DNA of 64,000 nucleotides from Amphiscolops sp. MND2022. Its lineage: Eukaryota. The notes beneath the pieces are model-generated. The model had not been told where the DNA came from and did no database searches. It worked only from the letters and a program-made list of their open reading frames with translations. Position numbers and translations under genes: made by a program. The stretch spans positions 31,188,001 through 31,252,000 of the forward strand of contig OZ076409.1 of the NCBI GenBank assembly GCA_964187785.1, in the 5' to 3' direction. Shown in pieces: positions 1-12,100 of the stretch. The first letter of the stretch is position 1. Each line of letters begins with the position of its first letter.

Positions 1-61
1 ACGCGATCGGTCCACTTTTTTTGTTCATTTGTTCAACCTCTTGGCCGACTAATTTTCTGAT

Positions 62-101
62 GTCTGAGAAGCAGGAAGGCGTGGGTTCGATTCTCGCACC
101 A
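62..101 (+). mobile_element. tRNA-derived (SINE-like) fragment with Pol III B-box; copies at ~1828-1867 and ~5594-5633
   Basis: GGCGTGGGTTCGATTCTCGCACCA resembles a T-arm/B-box (GGTTCGANNC) followed by CCA. No intact D-arm or acceptor stem. Confidence 0.5.
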
Positions 102-2145
102 AATCACAATTTTTTTCCTTCAAAAGTATAGTCAAGACCAAAGGGTCCCCCATTTGCGGTTTTTTCGGCACTATGCGACATTTTTCCGAAAAAATTTTCA
201 ATTTTATCAAAGCGTACCCCCTTGAGTATTTTGAAGTTTTCGGTTTGTAAAAAACGTTTTTCTGCACCTAAAAGGTCTCTTTTTTGGGGTTTGCGATTTT
301 TTTTACCAAATACTTTTTTTGAAAAACAAATTTTCCAAATATTTTCAATTGTTGTTCCTTGAATATTTTTGAGCCGTAGACATTACGATACATATGCCGC
401 TAAAGGGGAAATTATCATTAAGTGTAAAGTGTATTTTCTGTAAAACGAGAACGAACCGTATTCTAGTCAAAAAGTGCATCGTGTTCATCGCAAGTTGTGA
501 TGCACAGTGTGATCAGAAATTGCGGATTGTGATCATTGAGCGTAATTAGAGAGAAAAGTGGAAACCAGTAAAGATTTTTGGTATACACCGTGAGTAAGAA
601 TGGCTCCAAACGATGCTTCCATTCGTGTGTGAAGTGGAAACCAGTCACAGTACGTAATTGTAGAGATTACAAAGCCAAGATTTTCTTTGAAAACAAAGGG
701 GGTTCCCTTTGACGAAATTGGAGTTTTTCATTGCATAGTGCCGATGAAACCGTAAGTCCTTCGCATAGGTGATGAGAAAACTCTCATCAGTCTCACAGTT
801 CAAAACATTACCGAGTATGTCATCCCTAAGGCTTGGAAAAAGCCGAACCGAAATTATCAAATAACGGAAATTTAGTTGAAAAAACTTTCACCTTTTTCAA
901 TGTCTTCGTTAAGTTGCATAAGTTGACTAAACTTCTAAGGAGACCTCAATTGTTTCAGAACAATGTTTCTGTTAAGCTATCAAGGGGGCAATTCAGATGT
1001 TCCGAGAAAAAGTCAAGAAAGTTGCAAAAAAACTGAAAAACCCCAATGGGTTTTCCTCTACCATTGCAAGCGTATTCAAAATTTTACCAAAAAAGTTTCA
1101 GAGTGCCAAAAAACGCAGAAGAGGGGACCTTTTGGGTTTTTTTTGTCCAGTTGGGCGGAGAAAATCAAAATACCCAACGAGGGAACATCAAAACACCTTT
1201 CGCGACATCAAAAAGTTTCTGAAAAAAAGTCTCCCAATGCCGAAAAAAACAGTAAAGCCCAACCTCCTGAGCTGTATAGTAAAGAAATCGGTATCAACTA
1301 ATACCCATTGGTGGAAAATTTGGAAGCACTCGAGAGTGCTGTTTGGTCAGGTAGGAAGGACTATGTATTCTGAAATTCTAATAAAATTTTGAAATATATA
1401 TAAATTCAAATGAGCCCCGATTTCCGGGCTGGCTTTTATCAAAACCCATGTAGCTTTAAACATTGGAGGTTGAACTCGGAATGGAGAATCCATCCAAAAA
1501 TCTGGTGCCTAAACTTTAAACACTGGTTACGGACTTTGCGCCGAAACTTCGCACGCATTGTGCCTGTGACTGCATTCCAGCATGTTTCAAAACATGCTTG
1601 AGTCTCTTTCACCCAATCGTGTCCCCAGTGGGATAAAGAAGCCACACAAGAAAACAAAAAAACGGAAATTTTACTCTCATATTTTTGATGTTCTGGTCCC
1701 GTTATTAGTCGGTGTTTTCGAAGAAAATCCCGACTCTCACAGTGGCTAGTTTTTTTCGTCAGTTCAACGCGATCGGTCCACTTTTTTTGTTCATTTGTTC
1801 AACTTCTTGGCCGACTAATTTTCTGATGTCTGAGAAGCAGGAAGGCGTGGGTTCGATTCTCGCACCAAATCACAATTTTTTTCCTTCAAAAGTATAGTCG
1901 AGACCAAAGGGTCCCCCATTTGCGGTTTTTTCGGCACTATGCGACATTTTTCCGAAAAAATTTTCAATTTTATCAAAGCGTACCCCCTTGAGATTTTTGA
2001 AGTTTTCGGTTTGTAAAAAACGTTTTTCTGCACCTAAAAGGTCTCTTTTTTGGGGTTTGCGACTTTTTTACCAAATACTTTTTTTGAAAAACAAATTTTC
2101 CAAATATTTTCAATTGTTGTTCCTTGAATATTTTTGAGCCGTAGA

Positions 2146-2596
2146 CATTACGATACATATGCCGCTAAAGGGGAAATTATCATTAAGTGTAAAGTGTATT
2201 TTCTGTAAAACGAGAACGAACCGTATTCTAGTCAAAAAGTGCATCGTGTTCATCGCAAATTGTTATGCACAGTGTAATCAGAAATTGCGGATTGTGATCA
2301 TTGAGCGTAATTAGAGAGAAAAGTGGAAACCAGTAAAGATTTTTGGTATACACTGTGAGTAAGAATGGCTCCAAACGATGCTTCCATTTGTGTGTGAAGT
2401 GGAAACCAGTCACGTTACGTAATTGTAGAGAGTGTACACTAGTCGTTTACTGCATTTTGATCACTACGCGTAACGCCAAATCACAGTGTAACGAGCAAAA
2501 CACGTAACGCGTATTTGAACTAAGAACGCGTTTTTATTGGCTGTTAATCGAACTAGCAAGATCTTGCTAGTTCGTTGCGGCATACGTATCGTAATG
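2146..2596. mobile_element. Non-autonomous TIR element (MITE), CATTACG termini, possible 2-bp TSD (EnSpm/CACTA-like)
   Basis: Left end CATTACGATACATATGCCGC and right end GCGGCATACGTATCGTAATG form a 20-bp TIR with 1 mismatch, flanked by GA on both sides. A related repeat at ~3215-3270 lacks the insert. Truncated copies start at ~380 and ~5921. Confidence 0.75.
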
Positions 2597-4149
2597 GAGC
2601 TGGGCTGTTACCGGCTTGTTCGATTTTGGAGACACCCAGTCAACAATCTGTGAAAATGCGTTCAATGCGATGTAATAATGCCTGAAAATCATATTCAAGA
2701 GTTTTCTTTACCATACGGTTAGCTTGTGCCTTTGGAAGTTTGCAGATCTTAAGTGGTGCAAAAACGTACCACGATGGTAGTTAGTGTTAAATGTCTCGAA
2801 AGGGTCCCCCTTCAAAATTTTTGACAGTTCGCAACAGAATACATGTTGAAAAATCCGAAAAAGTCTCTTTCTAACGCCCCAGGGGCTCGCGTTAGCGGTA
2901 CCCCGGCGCCCCAATTCAGTTGAACGTTTGGGGTTTTCAATAACTGTAAAAGAGATTACTTGACCTTTTGCCTCTGCAATTTTTGAACCTCAGATATGAC
3001 GCCAACTTATGCCGTTTCCGGCTTGTTGATCTGCTCATGGCAAGCTTTCTCACACCAGAGTCCGGATTTTGGTGAGAACTCACTATCGCACCTTTTTTAC
3101 GCACTTGTGCCTCATTTTCATTGTCACGCACCAAATTCATTTTATGCGCACATTTCAGGTAATTGTGCTAGCCCTAAGTTTTGTTCAAATGTTTTCAATT
3201 GTTCTACCTTGAATATTTTTGACCCTTAGATATGGCGCCGGCTAGGGCCGTTCCCGGTTTGTTCGATTTTGGAGACATCCACTCAACAATCTGTGAAAAT
3301 GTGTGCAATGCGATGTAATTTTGCCTGAAAATCTTATTCAAGAGTTTTCTTTACCATACGGTCAGCTGGTGCCTTTAGAAGTTTGCAAATCTTAAGTGGT
3401 GCAAATAAATACCACGATGGTAATTAGGGTTAAGTGTCTCGGAATGGTCCCCCTTCAATATTTTTGACAGTTCGCAACAGAATGGATGTTGAAAAATCCG
3501 AAAGTGTCTCTCTTTATAGCGCGCCAGGGGCCCGCATTAGCGGTACCCCGGCGCGCCAATTCAGTCCAACGTTTGGGGTTTTCGATAACTGTAAAATAGA
3601 TTTCTTGACACCTTGCCTCTGCAATTTTTGAGCCTCAGATATGGCGCCAACTCATGCCGTTTCCGGCTTGTTGATCTGCTCGTGGACAGCTTTCTCACAC
3701 CGGAGTCCGGATTATGGTGAGAACTCACTTTCTCACCTTTTTCACGCACTTTTGCCTCATTGTCAATTTCACGCACCAAATTCATTTTATGCGCGCATTT
3801 CAGGTAATTTATGGCGGGAAAATAGATGAAAGCCATTGTTCAGCATCAAAAATGAAAATAGATGTAAGCTTTCGTTTGCTTTTCCTAAAGAGGACGCAAT
3901 AATTTACCGTCATTATTAGAGGACCTTCATTATTGAATTTCCTTCGCTGGTTTTGTTTGCATTGTTGATAATAATGCCTAAACAGAAATATTCTGGAAAT
4001 TTTTGATAAAACTCGACTGGTGGCGAGAGTGTATGGAAGTATAGACTGCTAAAAATGACGTATTTTGTAAATTATGATGTATTGCTTTCAATTACGATGA
4101 TTCTAATGTAAAATGGCAATGCGACAGACACTCCACTCGAGAAAAACAC

Positions 4150-4455
4150 GTGAAACAAGTTCGTTTGAACGCGAAAAAACAGCAGACTCTTTCATTTGCA
4201 GCCAATTTGGTCAGTAAAAACCCTTTTTTTACTGATCTTGCAGAGGCGTTTGTTTGTGCTAATTTTCCGTTCGAAAAGTTGCAAAACCCAGTTTTTAAAG
4301 CTTTTTTAGAAAATAATACTGCCAAATCAGCACCTGATGAGTGTACCGCACGAAAATCTTACCTGCCATCACTTTCTAAGAATAATTTGGATATAGTAAA
4401 GGACAACATTGGCGATGCCGAATATTTTGTAATGGTGGATGAAGCTATTGATGGT
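4150..4455 (+). pseudogene. hAT-superfamily (CGGBP1/DUF659-like) transposase fragment
   Basis: FFTDLAEAFVCANFPFEKLQNPVFKAFLE...PDECTARKSYL...YFVMVDEAID matches the hAT N-terminal dimerisation region up to the first catalytic Asp (xDETTD). It is truncated by another repeat at ~4452. Confidence 0.7.
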
Positions 4456-6183
4456 TTTTCCTCTACCATTGCAAGCGTATTCAAAAGTTTACCAAAAAAG
4501 TTTCACTGTGCCAAAAAACGCAATAGAGAGGACCTTTGGGTTTTTTTCATTGTCCAGTTGGGCACAGAATATCAAAATACTCAAAGAGGGAACATCAAAA
4601 ATCCTTTCGCGACATCAAAAAGTTTCGGGAAAAATGTCTCCTAATGCCGAAAAAAAACAGTAAAACCCAACCTTCAGAGCTGTTTAGTAACGAAATCGTT
4701 GTTAACTATGGTACCCATTGGTGACACCCTTGGGAAGCACCCGAGAGTGCTGTTTGGTCAGGTAGGAAGGACTATATATTCTAAATTTCTAATGAATTTT
4801 AAAATATATAAAAATTCAAATGAGCCCCGATTCCCGGGCTGGCTTTTATCAAAACCCATGTAGCATTTCGTTTATTTTACATTGTAGTAAAATTTGGAAT
4901 TAGCGCTTAGTCTTTGCTGGTGTTGTTCCATCTATCTCGCGACTGACTCAATACGAATGAATTGATTTCTGGGGGCGAATAATTCAGCCTTGTGTCACTA
5001 GGGTGAAAACGGGAAAATCTTTTCACGCTAGCTTCTAGGAAACTTGCTTTACTTGAGGGTCGGCAGAGTACGGATTGATGACTGTAGTGTACCAGATCGT
5101 TATTTTTCTCTAACTTTACTGCAAATTTGATGGGGGGTTGAAGCGAACGAGTGTTAATCATTCGTTCGCTGAGAACTTCGCCTGCATTCAAATGCTAAGG
5201 CGAAACTTCGTCCACGCTTAGTGGTTATGTTACTGTTATGAGAAGAATTAACTCGGATTGGAGGTTGAACTCGGAATGGAGGATCCATCCAAAAATCTGG
5301 TGCTTAAACTTTAAACACTGGCTACGGACTTTGCGCCGAAACTTCGCACGCATTGTGCCTGTGACTGCATTCCAGCATGTTTCAAAACATGCTTGTCTCT
5401 CTTTCATCCAATCGTGTCCCCAGTGGGATAAAGAGGCCACACAAGAAAACAGGAAAAACGGAAATTTTACTCTGATATACTTTTTCGAAGAAAATCCCGA
5501 CTCTTACAGTGGCTAGATTTTTTCGTCAGTTCAACGCGATCGGTCCACTTTTTTGTTCATTTGTTCAACTTCTTGGCCGACTAATTTTCTGATGTCTGAG
5601 AAGCAGGAAGGCGTGGGTTCGATTCTCGCACTAAAACACATTTTTTTGCTTCAAAAGTATAGTCGAGACCAAAGGGTCCCCCGTTTGCGGTTTTTTTTCG
5701 GCACTATGCGACATTTTTACCAAAAGTTTTGAAAATTTTATCAAAGCGCACCCCTTTGAGATTTTTGAAGTTTTCGGTTTGTAAAAAACGTTTTTGAGCC
5801 TAAAGGATTTCTTTTTGGGGTTTTCGGCAATATGCGACTTTTTTTACCAATTTTTTTTTTGAAAAACAAGTTTTCCAAATATTTTCAATTGTGGTTCCTT
5901 GAATATTTTTGAGCCTTAGACATTACGATACATATGCCGCAAAAGTGGAATTTATCATCAAGTGTAAAGTGTATTTTCTGTAAAACGAGAACGAACCGTA
6001 TTCTAGTCAAAAAGTGCATCGTGTTCATCGCAAATTGTTATGCACAGTGTAATCAGAAATTGCGGATTGTGATCATTGAGCGTAATTAGAGAGAAAAGTG
6101 GAAACCAGTAAAGATTTTTGGTAGACACCGTGAGTAAGAATGACTCTAAACGATGCGCCCATTCGTTTAGAGTCATTCTTACT

Positions 6184-9100
6184 GTGCAAAAAACGCGTTT
6201 TTAGCATGCGATAACACGTTTTAGAGCATCTATTGTTGTTTTGGCGGAAAAACGCGTTTAAACGCGGAGAAGTGATTGTTTTTGCGTTAACTAACCTAAT
6301 TCTACATTGTTCAACATGTTTGCTTGAGTGCCAGCGCCTTCATTGTATTGCGTTAGAACAGTTAGTGTGCAAAACGTGCGTTTTTAGAGCGCAATACCGC
6401 GTTTTAGAGCATCTAACGTTGTTTCCGAGGAAATGCGCGTTTAAAACCGGGGATTCAATTGTTTTTACGTTAACTAACCTAATTCTACATGGTTCAACGT
6501 GTTTGCTTGCGTGGCAGCGCTTCCATCGAGTTGAAACAATTAGTGTGCAAAAAACGCCTTTTAGCACGCAACACCGCGTTTTAGCGCATGTAACATTGTT
6601 TTCGCGTAAACACGGGGAATCGCTTGTTTTTGCCCTAAATGACCTAATTATGCATAATTCAACATGTTTGCTTGTGTGGCAGCACTTTAATCGCGTTGAA
6701 ACAGTTAGTGTGCAAAAAACGCGTTTTCAGCACGCATTAACGCGTTTTAGCGCATCTAACGTTCATCTCGCTGAAAAACGTGGTAAAACGCAGGAAATTG
6801 CTTTTCTGTGTAAAATAACCTGATTCTGCATAGTTCAACATGTTTGCTTGCGTGGCAGCACTTTAATCGCGTCGAAACATTTAGTGTGCAAAAACGCGTT
6901 TTTTTTCTAAACAGTGTTTTCCTTGTGTTGCGTTGGAACAGTTAGTGTGCAAAAAATGCGTTTTTATAGCGCAATAACACGTTTTAGACCATCTAACGTT
7001 GTTTTTGCTCAAAAATGCATTCAAGCGCCGGAAATCGCTTGTGTTTGCGTTAACTAAGATAACCTCGCCTATTTCAACTTGTTTGCATGCGTGGCAGCGC
7101 TCCCTTTGCGTTAGGGCTCTCAGTGTGCAAAAACGTTTTTTCTGGCACGCAGTACCGCGTTTTAGCGCATGTAACAATGTTTTCGCGTGAAAACGCGTTT
7201 AAACACGGGGAATCGCTTGTTTTTGCGTTAAATAGCCTAATTATGCAGTGTTCAACATGTTTGCTTGCGTGGCAGCGTTTTAATTGTGTTGAACAGTTAG
7301 TGTATAAATTGCTTTTCAGCGCAAAATACCACGTTTTAGCGCATCTAACCTCGTTTTTGCTGAAAAACGCGGTTAAACTCAGGAAATTGCTTTTCTGTGA
7401 TAAATAACCTGATTCTGAATAGATCAAATTGTTTGCATGCGCGGCAGCGTTTTCATTGCGTTAAAACAGTTAGTGTGCAGAAAACGTTTTTTTTAAGCAC
7501 GCACAAACTCGTTTTAGAGCATCTAACAATGTTTTTGCGGAGAAGCGCGTTTAAACGCGGGGAAATGCTTGTTTTTGTGTTTACTAACCTAATCCTACAT
7601 TGTTGAACATGTTTGCTTGCGTGGCAGCACTTTAATTGCGTTGAAACAGTTAGTGTGCAAAAAGCGCGTTTTCAGCACGCATTTAAGCGTTTTAGAGCAT
7701 CTAACGTTGTTTTCGGGAAAAAGCGCGTTTGAAACCGGGGAGTCGCTTGTTTTTGCAAAAAATAACCTAACACTACCTTGTTCAACATGTTTGTTTGCGT
7801 GGCAGCGCCTTCGCTGCGTTAAAACAGTTGGTGTGCAAAAAACATGTTTTTAGCGCGAAATACCGCAGGTTAACGCATCTAACGCATCTAACGGTGTTTT
7901 GACTAAAAAAAGCGTTTAAACGCGGGGAATTGCTTGTTTTTGCGTTAACTAACCTAATTCTACATTGTTCAACATGTTTGCATGCGCGGCAGGGCTTTCA
8001 TTGCGTAAAAACCGTTAGTGTGCAAAAAACACGTTTTCAGCACGCATCAACGCGTTTCACCGCATCTAACGTTAATTTCGCTGAAAAACGTGGTAAAACA
8101 CAGGAAATTGCTTTTCTGTGTAAAATAACCTAATTGTGCATAGTTTAAAATGATTGCATGCGCGGCAGCGCTTTCGTTGCGTTGAAACAGTTAGTGTGCA
8201 AAAATTGCGATTTTAGCGCGAAATGAAGGTTGGTTAACGCATCTAACGTTCTTTTCTTTGAAAAACGCGTTTAAACGAGGATAATTGCTTGTTTTTGTTT
8301 TAAGTACCCTAATTTTGCATAGTTCAACTTCTTTGCATGCGTGGCTGCGCTTCGATTGCGTTTGAACAGTTAGTGTGCAGAAAACGCTTCGTTTAGCACG
8401 CAATAACTCGTTTTGGAGCATGTAACAATGTTTCCGCCTACAAACGCGTTTAAACACGGGGAATCGCTTGTTTTTGCGTTAGATAACCTAAACAAGCATA
8501 TTTCAACATGTTTGTTTGCGTGGCAGCGCCTAAGTTGGGTTGAAACAGTTAGTGTGCAAATTTTTTTTAGCTTGAAATAGCGCGTTTTAGCGCATCTGAC
8601 CATGTTTTCGGTGAAAAACGCAGTTAAACTCAGGAAATCATTTTTCTGTTAATTTTCTGTGTTAAGTAATTTAATTCTGTATGGTTCAATTTGTTTGCAT
8701 GCGCGGCAGGGCTTTCGTTGCGGTAAAACAGTTAGTGTGCAAAAAACGCGTTTTTAGCACGCAATAACAGAGCATCTAACGTCGTTTTCGCGGAAAAGCG
8801 CGTTTAAACGCAGGGAATTGCTTGTTTTTGCGTTAACTAACCTAATTTAACAATCTTCAACATGTTTGCTGGCGTGGCAGTGCTTTCATTGTGTTGCGTT
8901 AGAACAGTTCGTGTGCAAAAATGCGTTTTTAGAGCGCAATAACACGTTTTAGCCCATCTAACGTTGTTTTGCGGAAAAATGAGTCTGAACGCAGGACATC
9001 GCTTGTTTTGGCGTTAACTAAGATAACTTTGCATAGTTCAATTTGTTTACATGCGTGCCAGCGCTTTCTTCGCTTTAAAACAATTAGTGGACAAAAAACT

Positions 9101-12100
9101 CGTTTTAGCACGCAACACCGCGTTTTAGCGCATATAACTTTGTTTTGGCAAAAAATGCGTTTAAACACGGGGAATCGCTTGTTTTCGCCTTGAATAACCT
9201 AATTCTGCAGTGTTCAACATGTTTGCTTGCGTGGCAGCGTTTTAATTGTGTTGAACAGTTAGTGTATAAAATGCTTTTTAGCGCAAAATACCACGTTTTA
9301 GCGCATCTAACCTCGTTTTTGCTGAAAAACGCGGTTAAACCCAGGAAATTGTTTTTCTGTGTTAAGTAACCTAATTCTGAATAGATCAAAATGTTTGCAT
9401 GCGCGGCAGTGTTTTCATGGCGTTAAAACAGTTAGTGTGCAGAAAACGTTTTTTTAAGCACGCGCAAACTCGTTTTAGAGCATCTAACAATGCGGAGAAG
9501 CAAGTTTTTGCGGAGAAAGCAAGTTTTTGCGGAGAAGCAAGTTTAAACGCGGGGAAATGCTTGTTTTTGTGTTTACTAACCTAATCCTACATTGTTGAAC
9601 ATGTTTGCTTGAGTGGCAGCGCTTTCATTGTGTTGCGTTAGAACAGTTAGCGTGCAAAGCGTGCGTTTTTAGAGCGCAATAACGCGTTTTAGCTCATCTA
9701 ACGTTGTTTTGCGGAAAAATGCGTTTAAACGCCGGACATCGCTTGTTTTTGCGGTAACTAAGATAATTTTGCATAGTTCAATTTGTTTGCATGCGTGGCA
9801 GCGCTTTCTTTGCGTTAAGACAATCAGTGTGCAAAAAACGCCTTTTTTAGCACGCAATGCCACGTTGTAGCGCATGTAACATTGTTTTTGCGTAAAAACG
9901 CGTTCGAACACGGGGAATCACTGGGTTTTGCCCTAAAAACCCTAATTATACATAGTGCAACATGTTTGCTTGCGTGGTAGAACTTTAATCGCGTTGAAAC
10001 AGTTAGTGTGCAAAAAGCGCGTTTTCAGCACGCATTTACGCGTTTTAGAGCATCTAACGTTGTTTTCGGGAAAAAGCGCGTTTGAAACCGGGGAGTCGCT
10101 TGTTTTTGCAATAAATCACCTAACACTACCTTGTTCAACATGTTTGCGTGGCAGCGCTTTCGCTGCGTTAAAACAGTTAGTGTGCAAAAAACGCGTTTTT
10201 AGGCGCGAAATACCGCTGGTTAACGCATCTAACGCATCTAACGTTGTTTTGACCAAAAAAAGCGTTTAAACGCGGGGAATTGCTTGTTTTTGCGTTAACT
10301 AACCTAATTCTACATTGTTCAACATGTTTGCATGCGCGGCAGGGCTTTCATTGCGTAAAAACCGTTAGTGTGCAAAAAACACGTTTTCAGCACGCATTAA
10401 CGCGTTTTACCGCATCTAACGTTAATTTCGCTGAAAAACGTGGTAAAACACAGGAAATTGTTTTCTGTGTAAAACAACCTAATTCTGCATAGTTTAAAAT
10501 GATTGCATGCGCGGCAGCGCTTTCGTTGCGTTAAAACAGTTAGCGTGCAAAAATTACCCTCAATTTGCATAGTTCAACTTCTTTGCATGCGTGGCTGCGC
10601 TTCGATTGCGTTTAAACACTTAGTGTGCAGAAAACGCTTCGTTTAGCACGCAATAACTCGTTTTGGAGCATGTAACATTGTTTCCGCCTACAAACGCGTT
10701 TAAACACGGGGGACCGCTTGTTTTTGCGTTAGATAACCTAAATAAGCATATTTCAACATGTTTGTTTGCCTGGCAGCGCTTAAGTTGGGTTGAAACAGTT
10801 AGTGTGCAAAATTGTTTTTTAGCGCGAAATAGCGCGTTTTAGCGCATCTAACCATGTTTTCGCTGAAAAACGCAATTGAACGCAGGAAATGAATTTTCTG
10901 TTAATTAACCTAATTCCGCATAGTTCAAAAGGTCTGCATGCGCGGCAGCGCTTTCATCGCGTTAAAACAATTAGTGTACAAAAAACGCGTTTTAGCGCAT
11001 GTAACATTGTTTTCGAGCAAAAATGCGTTTAAACACGGGGAATCGCTTGTTTTTGTCTTAAAAAACCTAATTATGCATAGTTCAACATGTTAGCTTGCGT
11101 GGCAGCGCTTTCTTTGCGTCAAAACAATTAGTGTGCAAAAAACGCGTTTTTAGCACCCATTAACTCGTTTTAGAGCATCTAACGTTGTTTTTGCGGAAAA
11201 GCGCCTTTAAACGCACGTAATGGCTTGTTTTTGCGTTAACTAACCTAATTTCACAATGTTCAACATGTTTGCTGGCGTGGCAGTGCTTTCATTGTGTTGC
11301 GTTAGAGCAGTTCGTGTGCAAAAAATGCGTTTGTAGAGCGCATTAACGCGTTCTAGCCCATCTAACGTTGTTTTGCGGAAAAATGTGAGCGAACGCCGGA
11401 CATCGCTTGTGTTTGCGTTAACTAAGATAACTTTGCCTATTTCAACTTGTTTGCATGCGTGGCAGCGCTCTCTTTGCGTTAGGGCTATCAGTGTGCAGTA
11501 AACGTTTTTTCTAGCACGCAAAACCGCGGTTTAGCGCCTGTAACATTGTTTTTGCGTGAAAACGCGTTTAAACACAGGGAATCGCTTGTTTGTGCGTTAA
11601 ATAACCCAATTATGCATAGTTCAACATGTTTGCTTGCGCGGCAGTGCTTCAATTGGGTTGAAACAGTTAGTATATAAAATGCTTCTTAGAACAAAATAAC
11701 GCGTTTTAGCGCCTCTAACCTCGTTTTTGCTGAAAAACGCGGTTAAACGCAGGAATTTGTTTTTCTGTGTTAAGTAACCTACTTCTAAATAGATCAAATA
11801 GTTTGCATGAGCGGCAGCGTTTTCATTGCGTTAAAACAGTTAGTGTGCAGAAAACGTTTCTTTTAGGACGCACAAACTCGTTTTAGAGCATCAAACATTG
11901 TTTTTGCGGAGAAGCGCGCTTGAAACCGGGGAGCCGCTTGTTTTTGCGTTAACTGACCTAATTTTACTTTGTTCAACATGTTTGTTTGCGTGGCAGCGCC
12001 TTGATTGCGTTAAAACAGTTAGTGTGCAAAAAACGCGTTTTTAGCGCGAAATCCGCCGGTTAACGCATCTAACGTTGTTTTCACTAAAAAATGCGTTTAA

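Larger units (their letters stand above)
1..6183. repeat. Mosaic of nested interspersed repeats; composite unit present three times (1-~670, 1767-~2430, ~5534-6160)
   Basis: Near-identical blocks starting acgcgatcggtccac at 1, 1767 and ~5534. Matching spurious ORFs at 49/1815 and 463/2228 give a ~1766-bp offset. 1045-1760 is repeated at 4450-5530, and 2610-3230 is repeated at 3250-3810. Confidence 0.9.
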
